Shown one piece after another: positions 1 to 11,514 of a stretch of DNA of 64,000 bases (within the stretch, counting starts at the first letter, position 1; the number at the start of each line of letters is the position of its first letter). A program made the position numbers and the translations under genes. The stretch is taken from the IMG/VR virus record IMGVR_UViG_3300037067_003476, positions 79,156 through 143,155 of that record; one strand, written 5' to 3'. The notes under the pieces are model-generated. The model searched no databases. It was not told the DNA's origin and was given only the letters and a program-made list of their open reading frames with translations. This DNA comes from a virus. Its lineage: Duplodnaviria > Caudoviricetes.

Positions 1-564
1 ACGCGCATTGACATCGTGTGTAATTCTAAACATCTGGCCTTCGCGACCTTCCATATCCTCGAAAGACCACGCCTCGCCAGCAGATTCTATGAGATCAAAA
101 TTGAACGTGTCTTCGTGGCTTAGAGTTCCGTTGATATACATCCAATCAGTTTGAAGCCTAATCGTGTAATCACATCTCTGTGTCCATATACCCTCTGTAA
201 AGCTAATATCCAGTACTCGTGGATTGCACTTAACGACAGGCTGACCAGATTGTGGCTGCCACTCTAGTGATTGTCCGTCATGAGAAAACAACCATCTGAT
301 AGCCTCTTGTTTACGTAGTATTGAATTAAAATCTTCGTTGTTTTCTGTATATAGTTCGTCGGGTGGATAATTAGACAATTCCCAAAACGCATTAGCTAGG
401 TTTGCGTAATGGCCACTCGGAGACCCCTTGAATGGCAACAATGTCCCAGTGAGGGTAATGTCGTAATTAGCACCAATCTTACCACCGTCCTCGGTAGTTT
501 GATAGGATTTGGTCATCGCCACCAATGGCGCTGGTATGATTGCCTTTCCGTTATATCGCAACAT
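1..564 (-). CDS. Tail-tip/baseplate-region protein, partial (runs off the window edge)
   Basis: Open frame from ATG at 564 (MLRYNGKAIIPAPLV...) preceded by GGAGA RBS; no stop before position 1; lies downstream of the tape measure and fibre gene. Confidence 0.6.
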   Translation of the reverse strand, partial: MLRYNGKAIIPAPLVAMTKSYQTTEDGGKIGANYDITLTGTLLPFKGSPSGHYANLANAFWELSNYPPDELYTENNEDFNSILRKQEAIRWLFSHDGQSLEWQPQSGQPVVKCNPRVLDISFTEGIWTQRCDYTIRLQTDWMYINGTLSHEDTFNFDLIESAGEAWSFEDMEGREGQMFRITHDVNAR

Positions 565-576
565 AACTATTCTCCG

Positions 577-3500
577 TTAGTATCCATGTTCATAGAAAAC
601 TATATGTCCAGATGACGGGGTTCCATATACTGTAAAGCCATACACAAATAGGTCGATGTCGTTTGCCGATACAGTATCGGTTCCTTTGGTGAATAGATTA
701 ATCCTGTTATTCTTAGTTGTGTGCCCGTGAACCACAAAATCTAAGTTATCATATGATGTGCCAGAAACTCCAAAGACATACAGGTTTGTTATTCCAGAAG
801 GCCATTCAAAGCCAGTTATGTGCATATCGACACACGATATTTCTCCGGCGTGTACATCAAGATATAGTGGCCAGCAGCCACTAATATCATACGACAATTC
901 ACCATCACCTATGGTGTAGAGATCGCACTCACCAGATGAGTTGACATCAGGACCACTAATGGATAAGTCTATACATCCACTTGGCCAAGACAACGTTTGC
1001 ATAAACAGTGGACACGTCATTCCACCGCTATACGTAATGCTTCCAGATTCTACATTTAAGAACAGATGCCAGGACTGATCCATCGTGGATGGCGTGGAGT
1101 CGTTATATATCGATAGGGACAATGATTTCAGTGTAAACCCAAGCGTCTGTCCAGACGGAGATCCATATATCATTAGATCTAGCGAAGAGTTTTCGTCGCC
1201 ATCGTATGTTTTTAGAAATAGTGGCTGGGTATATCCAAATATTCCGCTGATATATAAGTCAACAGAATCGGTTATTAGCTGAGCCTTTAGGAACAAATCA
1301 AAGAAATTTTCTGTTTGTCGCTGACTTATAAACAATGGCATTGACCCAGAATAACTATCCGGACCTTTCGCAAACAGGTGTATAGATTCGAAATATGGCA
1401 GGTGACCATTTTCGGTTATATCAATATTGCCAGACGATACGTCTGCCGACAACACAAACAGATCAACGTTGTCGCTTACAGATTCAACTCCGCCAATAAC
1501 CGCGTCAAGAAGTCCGCTTGATTTTTCATGTCCACCCAAGCATAGGTCAATCGTGTTGGCTGGATAAAAATCCATCGGAATAAGAGAAAGACCACATTGA
1601 TATATTTTTTGCAATTCATCATCAGTAAATCTTGGAATATTTTTCCATAAAACAACTTCGTCTGTTTTATATCCTGGTGAACTAACAAAGTTGGAATATT
1701 TGAAAAAGGCATGAGAAGCTATTCCGCTTGGATATCTTGTTTCTGGCAAAGAACCCATGCTTTGCCATCCACTACCGTTCATGCTAATATCGCCGGATGC
1801 AGTTGTTCCATCGAATACTAGACGAGATATAATTAAATGCCATCCACCGACAAAATTCGGTGTTAGAAACTCCGGTAATGAATAAGGGTTTGAACCAAGA
1901 TAATAACTCATTACGACATTGGAGTATACCCATGACGGATAAATACCTTCATCAATAACACCGCTATTGCTCCATCCAAATACACAGCCGTTTACTACAC
2001 CCTGTGTCCAGTACATTGACGTTATCGATATGGTACCAGACGAAGAGTCATAGAGTGGATTGACTTCGTGATAAAACGATGCGCCAACATCTGGATAGAA
2101 TCCATCGCCAGTAATTCCGCTTCCTATTAATCCACTGACGTATATCGCACCAAGTGTATCCCACTCAACAAGTTTCGTTTGTTCAATATTCCCTGATGTG
2201 AACGGATGATAATACACCACGTTGTCTGGATATAGTAAGTGTGGACCTATGAATCTAACATCGGGTATGTATCCAGAAATATAAGAGGGTATTGTTCCAG
2301 ACGATTGCTCCGGAACATCGACAAATAAGTCTATGCTTCCGCTAGAAGTAAGACATCCTTCTATGTACAAATCCTTTGTATTCGATGGATACTGGTCCAT
2401 AGAAAATTGCGATAGACCCATTTGGTAAAACGTCTTAAGTTGGTCTGCCGATAATTTTGGTATGTTGTGCCATAGGATTAATTCGTCGCAGGGGTATTTA
2501 TCGGTAGTTGTAAAATTATTTGGTTCAAATCGTACATGAGAACTTATCCCGGATGGTGTCCTAATTTCGGGCTTTGTTGGAAGAGAGACCCAATTACTAC
2601 CATTAACGCTAACATCTCCTGACGCGACGACCCCATTGAAATAAACTCGTCCTACAATTAAGTTCCATTGAGTTTGACTTACGAAGTCGCCGCTAGGAGT
2701 AAATATAATTGAGTTTTTGCCGTCAACCTTATATCCAACCGTACTCCTATACGATCCCGCATTAACCGCCAAAATAATCGAATTATATGTATCAACTAAA
2801 GCATCCCCCCAACCCACATCGTATTGTTTAGCAAAGATATTCGATCCACTAGACCATATGGCTGCTGTGTACGAAGTATCTCCATAGCAATCTGGATATA
2901 GCGGCCCCCTTTCTCTTACCACATACGGGATCAGCGACGTTGGTTTAATTCCACTTCCTATGAAACCGTTAGACACCATTTCTACGTTATAACTAGACCA
3001 CCACACGTTTCTTGTGTATTCTAACGCTCCAGATGTAAACGGATGATAGAACACAACATCATCTGGATACAACAAGTGCGATCCCATAAATCCCATGCCG
3101 TGTATGAATAAATCACATAACCCACTAGAGCAATCTTTGCCATTCACGAATAGTGGAATTTCTTCTGTGTCATACGCTGGTGTTCCACCGATAAAAAGAT
3201 TTAGTTCGTTTGATGGGTATTGAGATAGTTGTTGTCTGGAACGTCCTAGTTCGTACAGCGCCGATAGTTGATCATTAGTCAGTTTTGGAATATTTCTCCA
3301 CAAAGCAACTTCATCTGCCGGATATTGTTGTGTCGAGTATTTGTGATAATGGTACATCCTCAAATGCGAGTCTGTCCCAGTAGGATACGTTGTCTCGCTT
3401 AGATATCCAACGCTTGTCCACCCGCTTCCATTAATACTTAGGTCGCCAAAAACATCTGTTCCATCGAAGGATATTCTTCCAATTAGCAAAGTCCAGTCGC

Positions 3501-4737
3501 TGGTATCCGCATATGGTCCAGAAGTAGTAAAAAGAGTTGGTCCAGATCCGTTAACCCAGTATTGTAATCTAAGATTGTTTGATGCGTCTACATAGCATCT
3601 TAATCCGTTGTAGAAGTTGTTGTAGTTACCCCATCCGGCACCATATAACGTGTAGTTGTTAAAGCTACCGCTCGTCCAAACCATCATCGTAATAGATGTT
3701 GTACCTGATACGCCAGGATACAAAGATCCGCGCTCAAATAATAGTGTGCCATCGTTCCATAGTGGGGCTGCAACAACTCCGCTCCCAACAAGACCCTCTT
3801 CTGTGTATGCTATGCTATCGAGATACCCAGACCACGATACAGACTTCGCGTATTCAATTCCGCCAGACGTAAATGGATGGTAGAATACCATGTCGTCTGG
3901 ATAAATTGGATGCGCATTTAGCAATACCGAGCTTTTTACAAATAAATCGCAAGACCCAGAAGACACACTTGGTATTGGACCAGAGATGAATAGGTCGAGT
4001 GATTCGGACAATGGATATTGTGATTCATAATCGCTCATCGGACTATTGTATACGACAGCTAGGTCGTACAAATTCTGTAACTCTTCATTTGTAAACTGTG
4101 GTGCATTTTTCCATAGAACAAATTCGTCAATGGGAACCTGCCACACACCATTTTTTCTATTATTTTGGTAATATCTAAGATATGTGGTGTTAAGTGTTGG
4201 ATAATTAGCTTCGCTTATTGTTCCCAGGCTTTGCCATCCGCTACCATTGATACTAATATCTCCAGATGCGACAGATCCATCAAATAGGACTCTGGCCACT
4301 ATCAAGTGCCATGGAGTATTTGTTCCAACCGGCCCAACGATTGAGAATGAATCTAGAGACGTTGTTTTTGCATAGTATCCCAATTTAATATGAGATGTCG
4401 AATCTGTGTATATTTTGAGCCCATCTGTAAGATAACTAGCGACACTACCATATCCACCAGCTATATTCGTTTCGGCATTTGCATGGACACCACTGGTCCA
4501 AGCTGCTATTGTTAATGATGTTGTGCCACTAGACGTTGGATAGTCCGATAGCGTTTGCGTTTCTATATAGTTCTCGGAGTATCCCTGTCGTACACAAAAT
4601 CCGCTACCTATGAGTCCAGATGCTGTGGGATTAGCCCTGCCACTAACATCTGTCCATAATTTACCAACCATATACTCATGTAAACCAGACGTAAACGGCA
4701 GGTAAAATATTACGTTGTCATCATACAAAAGACCCAT
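577..4737 (-). CDS. Tail fibre/virion appendage protein with four LamG/concanavalin-like repeats and Ser-Gly-rich C-terminal repeats
   Basis: Four ~270-aa units starting (Y)PDD/NVVFYHPFTSG and ending DE-x-LW-N-P, each with W-L---R--FDG---G--S-NGS-W; many 'SSGxxDLFI' repeats; immediately downstream of the tape measure. Confidence 0.7.
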   Translation of the reverse strand: MGLLYDDNVIFYLPFTSGLHEYMVGKLWTDVSGRANPTASGLIGSGFCVRQGYSENYIETQTLSDYPTSSGTTSLTIAAWTSGVHANAETNIAGGYGSVASYLTDGLKIYTDSTSHIKLGYYAKTTSLDSFSIVGPVGTNTPWHLIVARVLFDGSVASGDISINGSGWQSLGTISEANYPTLNTTYLRYYQNNRKNGVWQVPIDEFVLWKNAPQFTNEELQNLYDLAVVYNSPMSDYESQYPLSESLDLFISGPIPSVSSGSCDLFVKSSVLLNAHPIYPDDMVFYHPFTSGGIEYAKSVSWSGYLDSIAYTEEGLVGSGVVAAPLWNDGTLLFERGSLYPGVSGTTSITMMVWTSGSFNNYTLYGAGWGNYNNFYNGLRCYVDASNNLRLQYWVNGSGPTLFTTSGPYADTSDWTLLIGRISFDGTDVFGDLSINGSGWTSVGYLSETTYPTGTDSHLRMYHYHKYSTQQYPADEVALWRNIPKLTNDQLSALYELGRSRQQLSQYPSNELNLFIGGTPAYDTEEIPLFVNGKDCSSGLCDLFIHGMGFMGSHLLYPDDVVFYHPFTSGALEYTRNVWWSSYNVEMVSNGFIGSGIKPTSLIPYVVRERGPLYPDCYGDTSYTAAIWSSGSNIFAKQYDVGWGDALVDTYNSIILAVNAGSYRSTVGYKVDGKNSIIFTPSGDFVSQTQWNLIVGRVYFNGVVASGDVSVNGSNWVSLPTKPEIRTPSGISSHVRFEPNNFTTTDKYPCDELILWHNIPKLSADQLKTFYQMGLSQFSMDQYPSNTKDLYIEGCLTSSGSIDLFVDVPEQSSGTIPSYISGYIPDVRFIGPHLLYPDNVVYYHPFTSGNIEQTKLVEWDTLGAIYVSGLIGSGITGDGFYPDVGASFYHEVNPLYDSSSGTISITSMYWTQGVVNGCVFGWSNSGVIDEGIYPSWVYSNVVMSYYLGSNPYSLPEFLTPNFVGGWHLIISRLVFDGTTASGDISMNGSGWQSMGSLPETRYPSGIASHAFFKYSNFVSSPGYKTDEVVLWKNIPRFTDDELQKIYQCGLSLIPMDFYPANTIDLCLGGHEKSSGLLDAVIGGVESVSDNVDLFVLSADVSSGNIDITENGHLPYFESIHLFAKGPDSYSGSMPLFISQRQTENFFDLFLKAQLITDSVDLYISGIFGYTQPLFLKTYDGDENSSLDLMIYGSPSGQTLGFTLKSLSLSIYNDSTPSTMDQSWHLFLNVESGSITYSGGMTCPLFMQTLSWPSGCIDLSISGPDVNSSGECDLYTIGDGELSYDISGCWPLYLDVHAGEISCVDMHITGFEWPSGITNLYVFGVSGTSYDNLDFVVHGHTTKNNRINLFTKGTDTVSANDIDLFVYGFTVYGTPSSGHIVFYEHGY

Positions 4738-4749
4738 ATCATCCTCGTG

Positions 4750-7700
4750 TTACGCAAGTTGTTGCGCCGCTACGCCAAATATACGAGCGCCTTCCATATC
4801 AGAGGCGTTGGCCAAATCTCTAAGAGTTCTGTATATGATTTGTTTTGCCGCATTTTTAGCAGCATCCTCAATAGCTGGCCGTAACTCATTCTGAATAGCC
4901 TCTGTCAGACCATTAACATTAACGTTAACCTGCTGTAGTGATTCAACCTTCAGTCCGATACCTTCTTGTATCGTCTTTGATGTATCCGCTAGTGTTTCAG
5001 TTAGCGCTTGCTGCTGTCCAGATATCTCTTGTAATGTGGCCGTATTATCGCGAGACGCAGAAGTGTTATCTCCGATACCAGGAATTTCAATAGCCACCAA
5101 TTTATCTATCGCCTCTTTGATAATCTGTGCATTTTCAGTATTTGCGGTCCCGATTGACGCTATCACTGCATCTATTCTAGAAACCAAATCTGATAGCTGA
5201 CTTACCTGCTGTGTCTGTTGTTGCCCATTTATTTCTGTCCTGCTAAAACCAGCGGCTGGATCGTTTACCGGAGACAAGTTAAATAGTCCACCAAGACTTT
5301 CTTTTAGTCGACTAAACGTATCAGAAATTGTATTTGTGGACTGAACAATATTTTGTACGGCTATGTCGCCAGACTCTCCAATTGTTACTGTTCTTCCACC
5401 GTATCCAGGGGCTGGCATTATAATACCACCACCAGTTTTTCCCGATTGCAACTCTTCAACAAACTTATTTGGATTAAAAAGTTCTTGCGCAACAATTTGT
5501 TGTCTAGTTGTATCTATCAGTGCTGTTGGCTTATATGTCGCTGGTCCGACAGATGGTGCTGTAACAGGAACAAAACCGGTAGATGGCTGTGTTGTCGCAA
5601 TATCAACTGGTCTGGATGCTGTGGCTAAGTCTGCTATGGCCGTTGTCGCCATGGTAGCAGAACGACCTAACTCGTTTATTGAATTGGTTGTTTCGGCATT
5701 GACTGTTCTTCCCTTTTCGAGAACATCAAATAACTCTGTAACGGCTGGGGTCACCTGGAATTCGTCTAGCTTCGCACCCTCACCAGCCGCTAGAATTGAT
5801 AGTATCCTACTCTTGATTTCTTCTTCGGTCCCAGGAGAAATAGCAGCCCTTTCTTTTGCTAAAACATCTGCAATTGCGGCAATGCCTTCTGTTCGTGTTT
5901 TTTGTGATTGTGATTCTCGAATCTCTTGTAGCGTTGATAGATTCTTCCCAGGACCAGTAATGGCACCGCCGTAATAACCAATTCCATAAACAGCCTTACC
6001 TGGTTCTTCAACACGAATCTTTTGTTGGGACAACAACTGGTTTGCTCTGCTTTCGAGTTCTTGTACAGACAATCCGCCAAACAATGCTCGCTCAAAGCTA
6101 GTTAACTGTCCGGGTGTCATTGTTTCAAGATTGGCTTTTGTTCCAGTAAATAATGGAGTTTGTCCTATCGGGGTCTCTTTGAGACCCATTTGAATAACAG
6201 CAGACTCAAATTTGTCAACGGCTTTGCTGAATTTGTTAGCACCAAACGGATCGTTCAGACCAGTCTCTTCGGCAATGATCCTTTCTTGTTCTATGCCTAT
6301 TTGGCCAAGTTGTCTTTCCAGTAATTGGATTTGTTCTTTTGTTAGCTCTGATCGCTGCTTTGATTCTAGTCTAAAAATCTCGGTAATCGTTTCGTTAAAT
6401 CCCGTTATAGCACTTTGCATCGATTCGCTAATGCCAGCAAATTGTGTTTTATCTATGGCAGTTGGTTCAACATTGATTTGTCTCTGATAGATTTCTTGTA
6501 ATCTTTTTTGTGACTCTATCAGAGAGTCGGTTAATCGGCGAGATGCTTCCTTATTAACCTCAAGTGGACCGCCAGCTATCTCTTTCGCAATGCTATATGG
6601 CTGTTCGATTTGACCACGGGTTTCCCTCATTAGTCGTAGTTGCTCATCGAGAACGGCTCTTTCTTCTTGCGTGCCAGCGGCAGATCTCCTGCCGACAAGA
6701 ACCATTTCGGTCTTGCGCATTCCCTCTATTTGAGCGCCAAGCTTTGTTTGCAGATTAACCGCCTCTTCCTGCTTCGTAATTCTTTCTTGTTCAAATTGGT
6801 CGTATGACGATAACGATCTCTTTAGTGATTCTATAGCCGCCTGTAATGCCAGAAAACGGCTTCTCGTATTTTCAAGGTCTTGAACCATTGCGATAAATGA
6901 CTTTTCCATACCAGTGTCGTCTATCGTTACGCCCGTTTCAGCGGCCCTATAAATGGCATTTAGCTGACTAGCCATCTCTCTTGTAATATTTGTCATGGCC
7001 TCTTGCAACGACGGAACCAGATTGGTTGATCTCAATAGATCTGTCGGTGTTCCGGTTTCTCTCGCTGGAGTTCTAATACCTGCTCGTCTTAGCATCTCCA
7101 TTGTAATTTCGAATTGTGTTTCCGGAGTATTGCCAATACCCACTTCTCGTTGTAGTTGTCGAGCTTCAAATTCCCCTCGTCTTTGCGATACCAATAACCT
7201 TGCGTTTAATTCCTGTTGTGTAATATTGACAATATCGTCTTGTGTTGGCATAATAATGCCGATATGTTTTTTAATCAGTTCGTTCATTTTATCGGTATTG
7301 ATTCCGGCACCAGACAGTTCAATACCTTCGAGCATAGCAATGCCGATATCTCTGAGCAACATACTAACACGACCCTTGAGTTTATCCGGAATCTCTTGTG
7401 ATTCAATAAACCGCTGGATGGTCTCGTCTATCTGATCTTCTTCCAGTGGTGGTAAAAATTTTCCTGGCTCTAGTTTTCCAGCGGTTGTCGCCTGGGCCTG
7501 TAGGCTGGAAATACTTTCTACGAACTTCTTTGTTATTTCTACGATATCATTGGTTGTTTTAACGTAATTTGCCAAATCTGGCTTTGCTGTTTCTAACCCA
7601 GCCAATCTTCCAGCACCAAGCAACTCTATCGTCGCTTGTTTTTCTAGTTGCTGCGGTAGTTTTGGTGCGCTGATACCCTCTATCGACCCAGTTACAGCAT

Positions 7701-10641
7701 CAAATGCATTGACACTGGCTGTTATGGATTTAGCTACTTCGTCGACAGCCTTTCCAAGAGTAATTAATTGTCCAGGAAGAGTTGGTGGTACCAAGACCAT
7801 AGATAGATTGCGCGCTGCTGTTCTAGCAGCCTCGTCAAGTCGCGATTGACGTATGGCAGCAGCCTGTTTATCAATAGCCTCTTTGATTGCAGACCATCCA
7901 CCAGCCCTTTGCAAAATCGTGTTGGTAATTTCGGTAGATAAATCCGCCGAAAATCTCATACCTCGTTGCTGTAGAAATTCTTGTACAGTACTTTGTAGGT
8001 TGCCATAGAAATCAGACCCGCTTTTTTGAACGGCAGACTCCATTATGGTATGTAGCAAATTAAGATTCTGTCCGAAAATATCAGAAACCATTTTAGAAGC
8101 ATCAATGCTTACCGCACTCGGATCAAATGCTTCTCCAATTTTTCTAATGTCAAAAGACAATATACCAGAAACCAGCGTATTTAATCTTCTACCTACTTCG
8201 GCAACGCCGCCAGCAAAACCTGAATAATATTCGACTGATTGCTTAATGGTATTCAGGGTTGAGTCTACCAATGTTTTAAGTGCGGCATCGGTATCGGCTA
8301 TGTTAGATGGATCTGGAACCTGAATCGCCTTGATTTTCGCAGCAACCTCATCCATCTTTTCTGTTATAGCAGTCTCTACTTGGTTCGCTCTTGTAGTAGC
8401 AGCCAGACCAATTAATGCTACCGCAGCACCGGCTGGACCAGCGAATCTGCCGATACCAGTCCCTCTCGCGCCAGGCGCAAATCCCCGAAGAGTTTGTCCA
8501 ACGCTTTGACCACGCAAGATAGATAATAGACCAACAAGCATTGTGGTTGACTTAATCATTCTTCCTGTGAATTCGGCGGTAGACTTTGCCGCACCATCCA
8601 ATTGATTTGAATAATTGTCAACCGCATCACCAAGAACAGACACAACACCAAGCCCAACCAACTGTGCCGCTGGACTTTGATAAAGTGGTACGGCAGTTGG
8701 TAGCTGTCCCTCTGGTAATCCCATGCGCCTACTAGCAGCGGTTAATCCTTGTGTTCTGCCAGACGCAAATTGTTGTCCCACTAAACCCAATAGGCCAACG
8801 CCCTGGACTCCACTTATCCCGCCAGCAGTACTTACTCGTCCAGCTAAACTCGCTAGTAGACCAACCCCCTTAACAGCAGCAGTTGCTGCACCAATAGCCA
8901 ATAGTGTTTTTAGCAACGGGGATAGTACTCCCGTCAACTTAGTTGCTGCATTACCAGCACTAATCATAAATTGGATAAATGGGGTAAAGATCTCCGGAGC
9001 CAATGTTTGAACAAGTTCGTTCATCTTGGCTTTCATAACGTCTATCTGCTTAGATAAAGCACTCATCCCCTTGGCAACGTCGTTCTGTACCGATCCAGCA
9101 GAAGACAGCGAAACGCCAAGTGCTTCATTAACAAGATTGAAGTTATCTAATATGGCTATGACTCTGCCTATTTGTCTCAAGCCGCCGAGACTTTCTGCTA
9201 TATCTCGTCGTCTCAGTTCATCTGCGCCTGCGAAGACTTTAGATGTTTGCTCTAATATTCTATACAATGACAGAACCTTACCGCTAGCATCTTCTGTTTG
9301 AACCCCAATGCTACGTAGAAATTCTAGCGTAGCTGGACGGGTAATTCTTGCAGATATTGTTCTAAGTCCGGTACCAATTGTTTCTGCGCTTTCTTGTGTT
9401 GTTTGTTTTGCTGCGGTTATGATAGCCAAGAATTCGTCGATATTACCACCAAGAGCAGACCATGCACCTCCACCACGCTTAATAGCCTCTATAAGATCTC
9501 CTGACGTTACCGCATATCTTTTAGCTACTTCGTTAACCTTATCGAACACTGTTGGTATGTCTTCCGCCTCTAACTTAAACTGACCCATAATGGCGATAAG
9601 ACCTTCTGTGGCCTGATCGATCCCTTCAAGAGACGGAAGCAATGGTACTTTGGAAATCATTTCTAGCGCGGCGCGCAATCTATCGCCCTCAAATCCAGCT
9701 TGCGCAAGAGTTACAGCAGCCTTGCCTAGCTCATTGGCACTGGTACCAGTTGCGACACTTAGATCTAATATCTCGTTTCGAAGACTGACCAATTCCATTC
9801 GTGTTGGCTGAAGGGTTTGGTCTAACTTAACCATCGTTAGATCAAAATCAATTACATTTTTAGTGGCCTCTCGTATTCCGGCCAATGCCACAAATGGTAT
9901 GGTGGTAGCAGCTAAAAATGCCCCGTATCTTTTTCCGGCTAGAAATATAGAATCACCAAAATCCTTAGCAGCCATAGTGGACTTGGCCATATTGCCAGTT
10001 ACAGCCGTAGCTGTTGTGGAACTAGATGCGCCAATTTTGTCGATTGTTAGCGCAGCCTGTTCCGTAGCTGCTTTTAGTTTTTCAATATTCGGTATTGTAT
10101 CTGGCGAAACCACGGATGGTATGTATGGCTTAGTAGTCATGGACGGTATCTTGGGCATAGTGGTTTGCTGTGCCGCTTGTACTATTAGTGGGCCAGCCTG
10201 AGCAATAGCATCCTTTGTTGATTTCGCAGCGCTGGATATTTGTTGAATTTGGGCATTAATGTTCGCCTGAGTTGCACCAGCACCAACCACTGGAGAGACC
10301 ACACCCTTGGTTGCTGCTATTGTTGGGGATATGCCTATGCCTTGTGCCTGTTTTAACTTGCCTATTAGCACATCAACAGAATTCGCAGCCTTTAGTACAG
10401 ATCCCTCAACCGATACCCCAACCGATTGTGCTGCCGTTGCAAGTCCTTGCATTTGTTTGATGGCGACAGCTATTCCGGCATTAAACTTAGTGATTGACTG
10501 TAGAGCGACGGGGTTTAATCCCTTGAAACCAGACAATTTACCAAGATCTACTCCCTTAGTAATACCAGCAAGTTGTTGCTTAATGTCAGCACCAACTATA
10601 ATTGACGATATTCGTAAGCTGGAATCAAGTACGAATCCCAT
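4750..10641 (-). CDS. Tail tape measure protein (TP901-family core)
   Basis: 1963 aa, Ala/Gln/Leu-rich helical; TP901-like segment (LAQAGF...TTQESAETIGTGLRTISARI); follows tail tube and chaperone genes. Confidence 0.9.
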   Translation of the reverse strand: MGFVLDSSLRISSIIVGADIKQQLAGITKGVDLGKLSGFKGLNPVALQSITKFNAGIAVAIKQMQGLATAAQSVGVSVEGSVLKAANSVDVLIGKLKQAQGIGISPTIAATKGVVSPVVGAGATQANINAQIQQISSAAKSTKDAIAQAGPLIVQAAQQTTMPKIPSMTTKPYIPSVVSPDTIPNIEKLKAATEQAALTIDKIGASSSTTATAVTGNMAKSTMAAKDFGDSIFLAGKRYGAFLAATTIPFVALAGIREATKNVIDFDLTMVKLDQTLQPTRMELVSLRNEILDLSVATGTSANELGKAAVTLAQAGFEGDRLRAALEMISKVPLLPSLEGIDQATEGLIAIMGQFKLEAEDIPTVFDKVNEVAKRYAVTSGDLIEAIKRGGGAWSALGGNIDEFLAIITAAKQTTQESAETIGTGLRTISARITRPATLEFLRSIGVQTEDASGKVLSLYRILEQTSKVFAGADELRRRDIAESLGGLRQIGRVIAILDNFNLVNEALGVSLSSAGSVQNDVAKGMSALSKQIDVMKAKMNELVQTLAPEIFTPFIQFMISAGNAATKLTGVLSPLLKTLLAIGAATAAVKGVGLLASLAGRVSTAGGISGVQGVGLLGLVGQQFASGRTQGLTAASRRMGLPEGQLPTAVPLYQSPAAQLVGLGVVSVLGDAVDNYSNQLDGAAKSTAEFTGRMIKSTTMLVGLLSILRGQSVGQTLRGFAPGARGTGIGRFAGPAGAAVALIGLAATTRANQVETAITEKMDEVAAKIKAIQVPDPSNIADTDAALKTLVDSTLNTIKQSVEYYSGFAGGVAEVGRRLNTLVSGILSFDIRKIGEAFDPSAVSIDASKMVSDIFGQNLNLLHTIMESAVQKSGSDFYGNLQSTVQEFLQQRGMRFSADLSTEITNTILQRAGGWSAIKEAIDKQAAAIRQSRLDEAARTAARNLSMVLVPPTLPGQLITLGKAVDEVAKSITASVNAFDAVTGSIEGISAPKLPQQLEKQATIELLGAGRLAGLETAKPDLANYVKTTNDIVEITKKFVESISSLQAQATTAGKLEPGKFLPPLEEDQIDETIQRFIESQEIPDKLKGRVSMLLRDIGIAMLEGIELSGAGINTDKMNELIKKHIGIIMPTQDDIVNITQQELNARLLVSQRRGEFEARQLQREVGIGNTPETQFEITMEMLRRAGIRTPARETGTPTDLLRSTNLVPSLQEAMTNITREMASQLNAIYRAAETGVTIDDTGMEKSFIAMVQDLENTRSRFLALQAAIESLKRSLSSYDQFEQERITKQEEAVNLQTKLGAQIEGMRKTEMVLVGRRSAAGTQEERAVLDEQLRLMRETRGQIEQPYSIAKEIAGGPLEVNKEASRRLTDSLIESQKRLQEIYQRQINVEPTAIDKTQFAGISESMQSAITGFNETITEIFRLESKQRSELTKEQIQLLERQLGQIGIEQERIIAEETGLNDPFGANKFSKAVDKFESAVIQMGLKETPIGQTPLFTGTKANLETMTPGQLTSFERALFGGLSVQELESRANQLLSQQKIRVEEPGKAVYGIGYYGGAITGPGKNLSTLQEIRESQSQKTRTEGIAAIADVLAKERAAISPGTEEEIKSRILSILAAGEGAKLDEFQVTPAVTELFDVLEKGRTVNAETTNSINELGRSATMATTAIADLATASRPVDIATTQPSTGFVPVTAPSVGPATYKPTALIDTTRQQIVAQELFNPNKFVEELQSGKTGGGIIMPAPGYGGRTVTIGESGDIAVQNIVQSTNTISDTFSRLKESLGGLFNLSPVNDPAAGFSRTEINGQQQTQQVSQLSDLVSRIDAVIASIGTANTENAQIIKEAIDKLVAIEIPGIGDNTSASRDNTATLQEISGQQQALTETLADTSKTIQEGIGLKVESLQQVNVNVNGLTEAIQNELRPAIEDAAKNAAKQIIYRTLRDLANASDMEGARIFGVAAQQLA

Positions 10642-10647
10642 TTGATA

Positions 10648-11514
10648 TTACCCCTTATTCCGACCCCTCTTCTTGGGTTTCGTTATGCTATCGCCGATTA
10701 GCTCTCCGGTTTCGTCGTCTATAAATGGTTTGACATCAATAACCAATTCACCATTTACATCAACCTTGTTACCATCAACATCAACAAAATTGCCATCCTT
10801 ATCGATATATCTACCATTCTCGTCAACGCGACGACCAGATCGATCTACAAAACTGCCACTTCTATCCGTTAGTCTTCCGCTTTGATCCATGAATCCATAC
10901 TTCTTCATCCATTGAATTTCTGGAAGTGTGTCGGCGAACCCGTCATCGTATCCATACATAATTTTCGCCAAAGTTGTTGCTACAAGTATAGCAACAGGTT
11001 CATCGCTCCTACTCAAATAATCGTCAACATCCATAAAATATGGATTACCATTATCTGCCCTAATAGCACATTTGGTAATAAGCCAATTGAATCGATAGTT
11101 CTCGGCAACAGATTCCATCGTCGCACTATCAAACTGCGATCTCTTGGCATGAAGTTGCATCAATTCGTTTCGAAGATCTCCAATATGTAATGCGAAACTG
11201 CGAGCCTCTGAAAGTTTAATGCCACCCTGTTTTAACGCACACTCGCATGCTCGTATCTCGATTTGTAGCTCATTGAATCGAACCGCGTCATCTCTTGTCC
11301 ACACACCCATGTTTTCAAGATGTTTGTCCAGTTCACTTCTTAACAGAAGCCTTTCATTTTTGTTTACGCCACTCCTCATAAGCTGGGCCAGTCGAAGACT
11401 GTACTGAAGTTGTGCTTCTTGCATCAACTTATGCCCAGGTTTGACAACAACCAAGTCAACATCTTTCTCCAAGAGATCCTTGCCTGTAACATCAATTTGC
11501 TTATCCATCCTCAT
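10648..11514 (-). CDS. Putative tail assembly chaperone
   Basis: Position just before the tape measure; C-terminal D-x-x-G-x-x-VD repeats. Confidence 0.5.
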   Translation of the reverse strand: MRMDKQIDVTGKDLLEKDVDLVVVKPGHKLMQEAQLQYSLRLAQLMRSGVNKNERLLLRSELDKHLENMGVWTRDDAVRFNELQIEIRACECALKQGGIKLSEARSFALHIGDLRNELMQLHAKRSQFDSATMESVAENYRFNWLITKCAIRADNGNPYFMDVDDYLSRSDEPVAILVATTLAKIMYGYDDGFADTLPEIQWMKKYGFMDQSGRLTDRSGSFVDRSGRRVDENGRYIDKDGNFVDVDGNKVDVNGELVIDVKPFIDDETGELIGDSITKPKKRGRNKG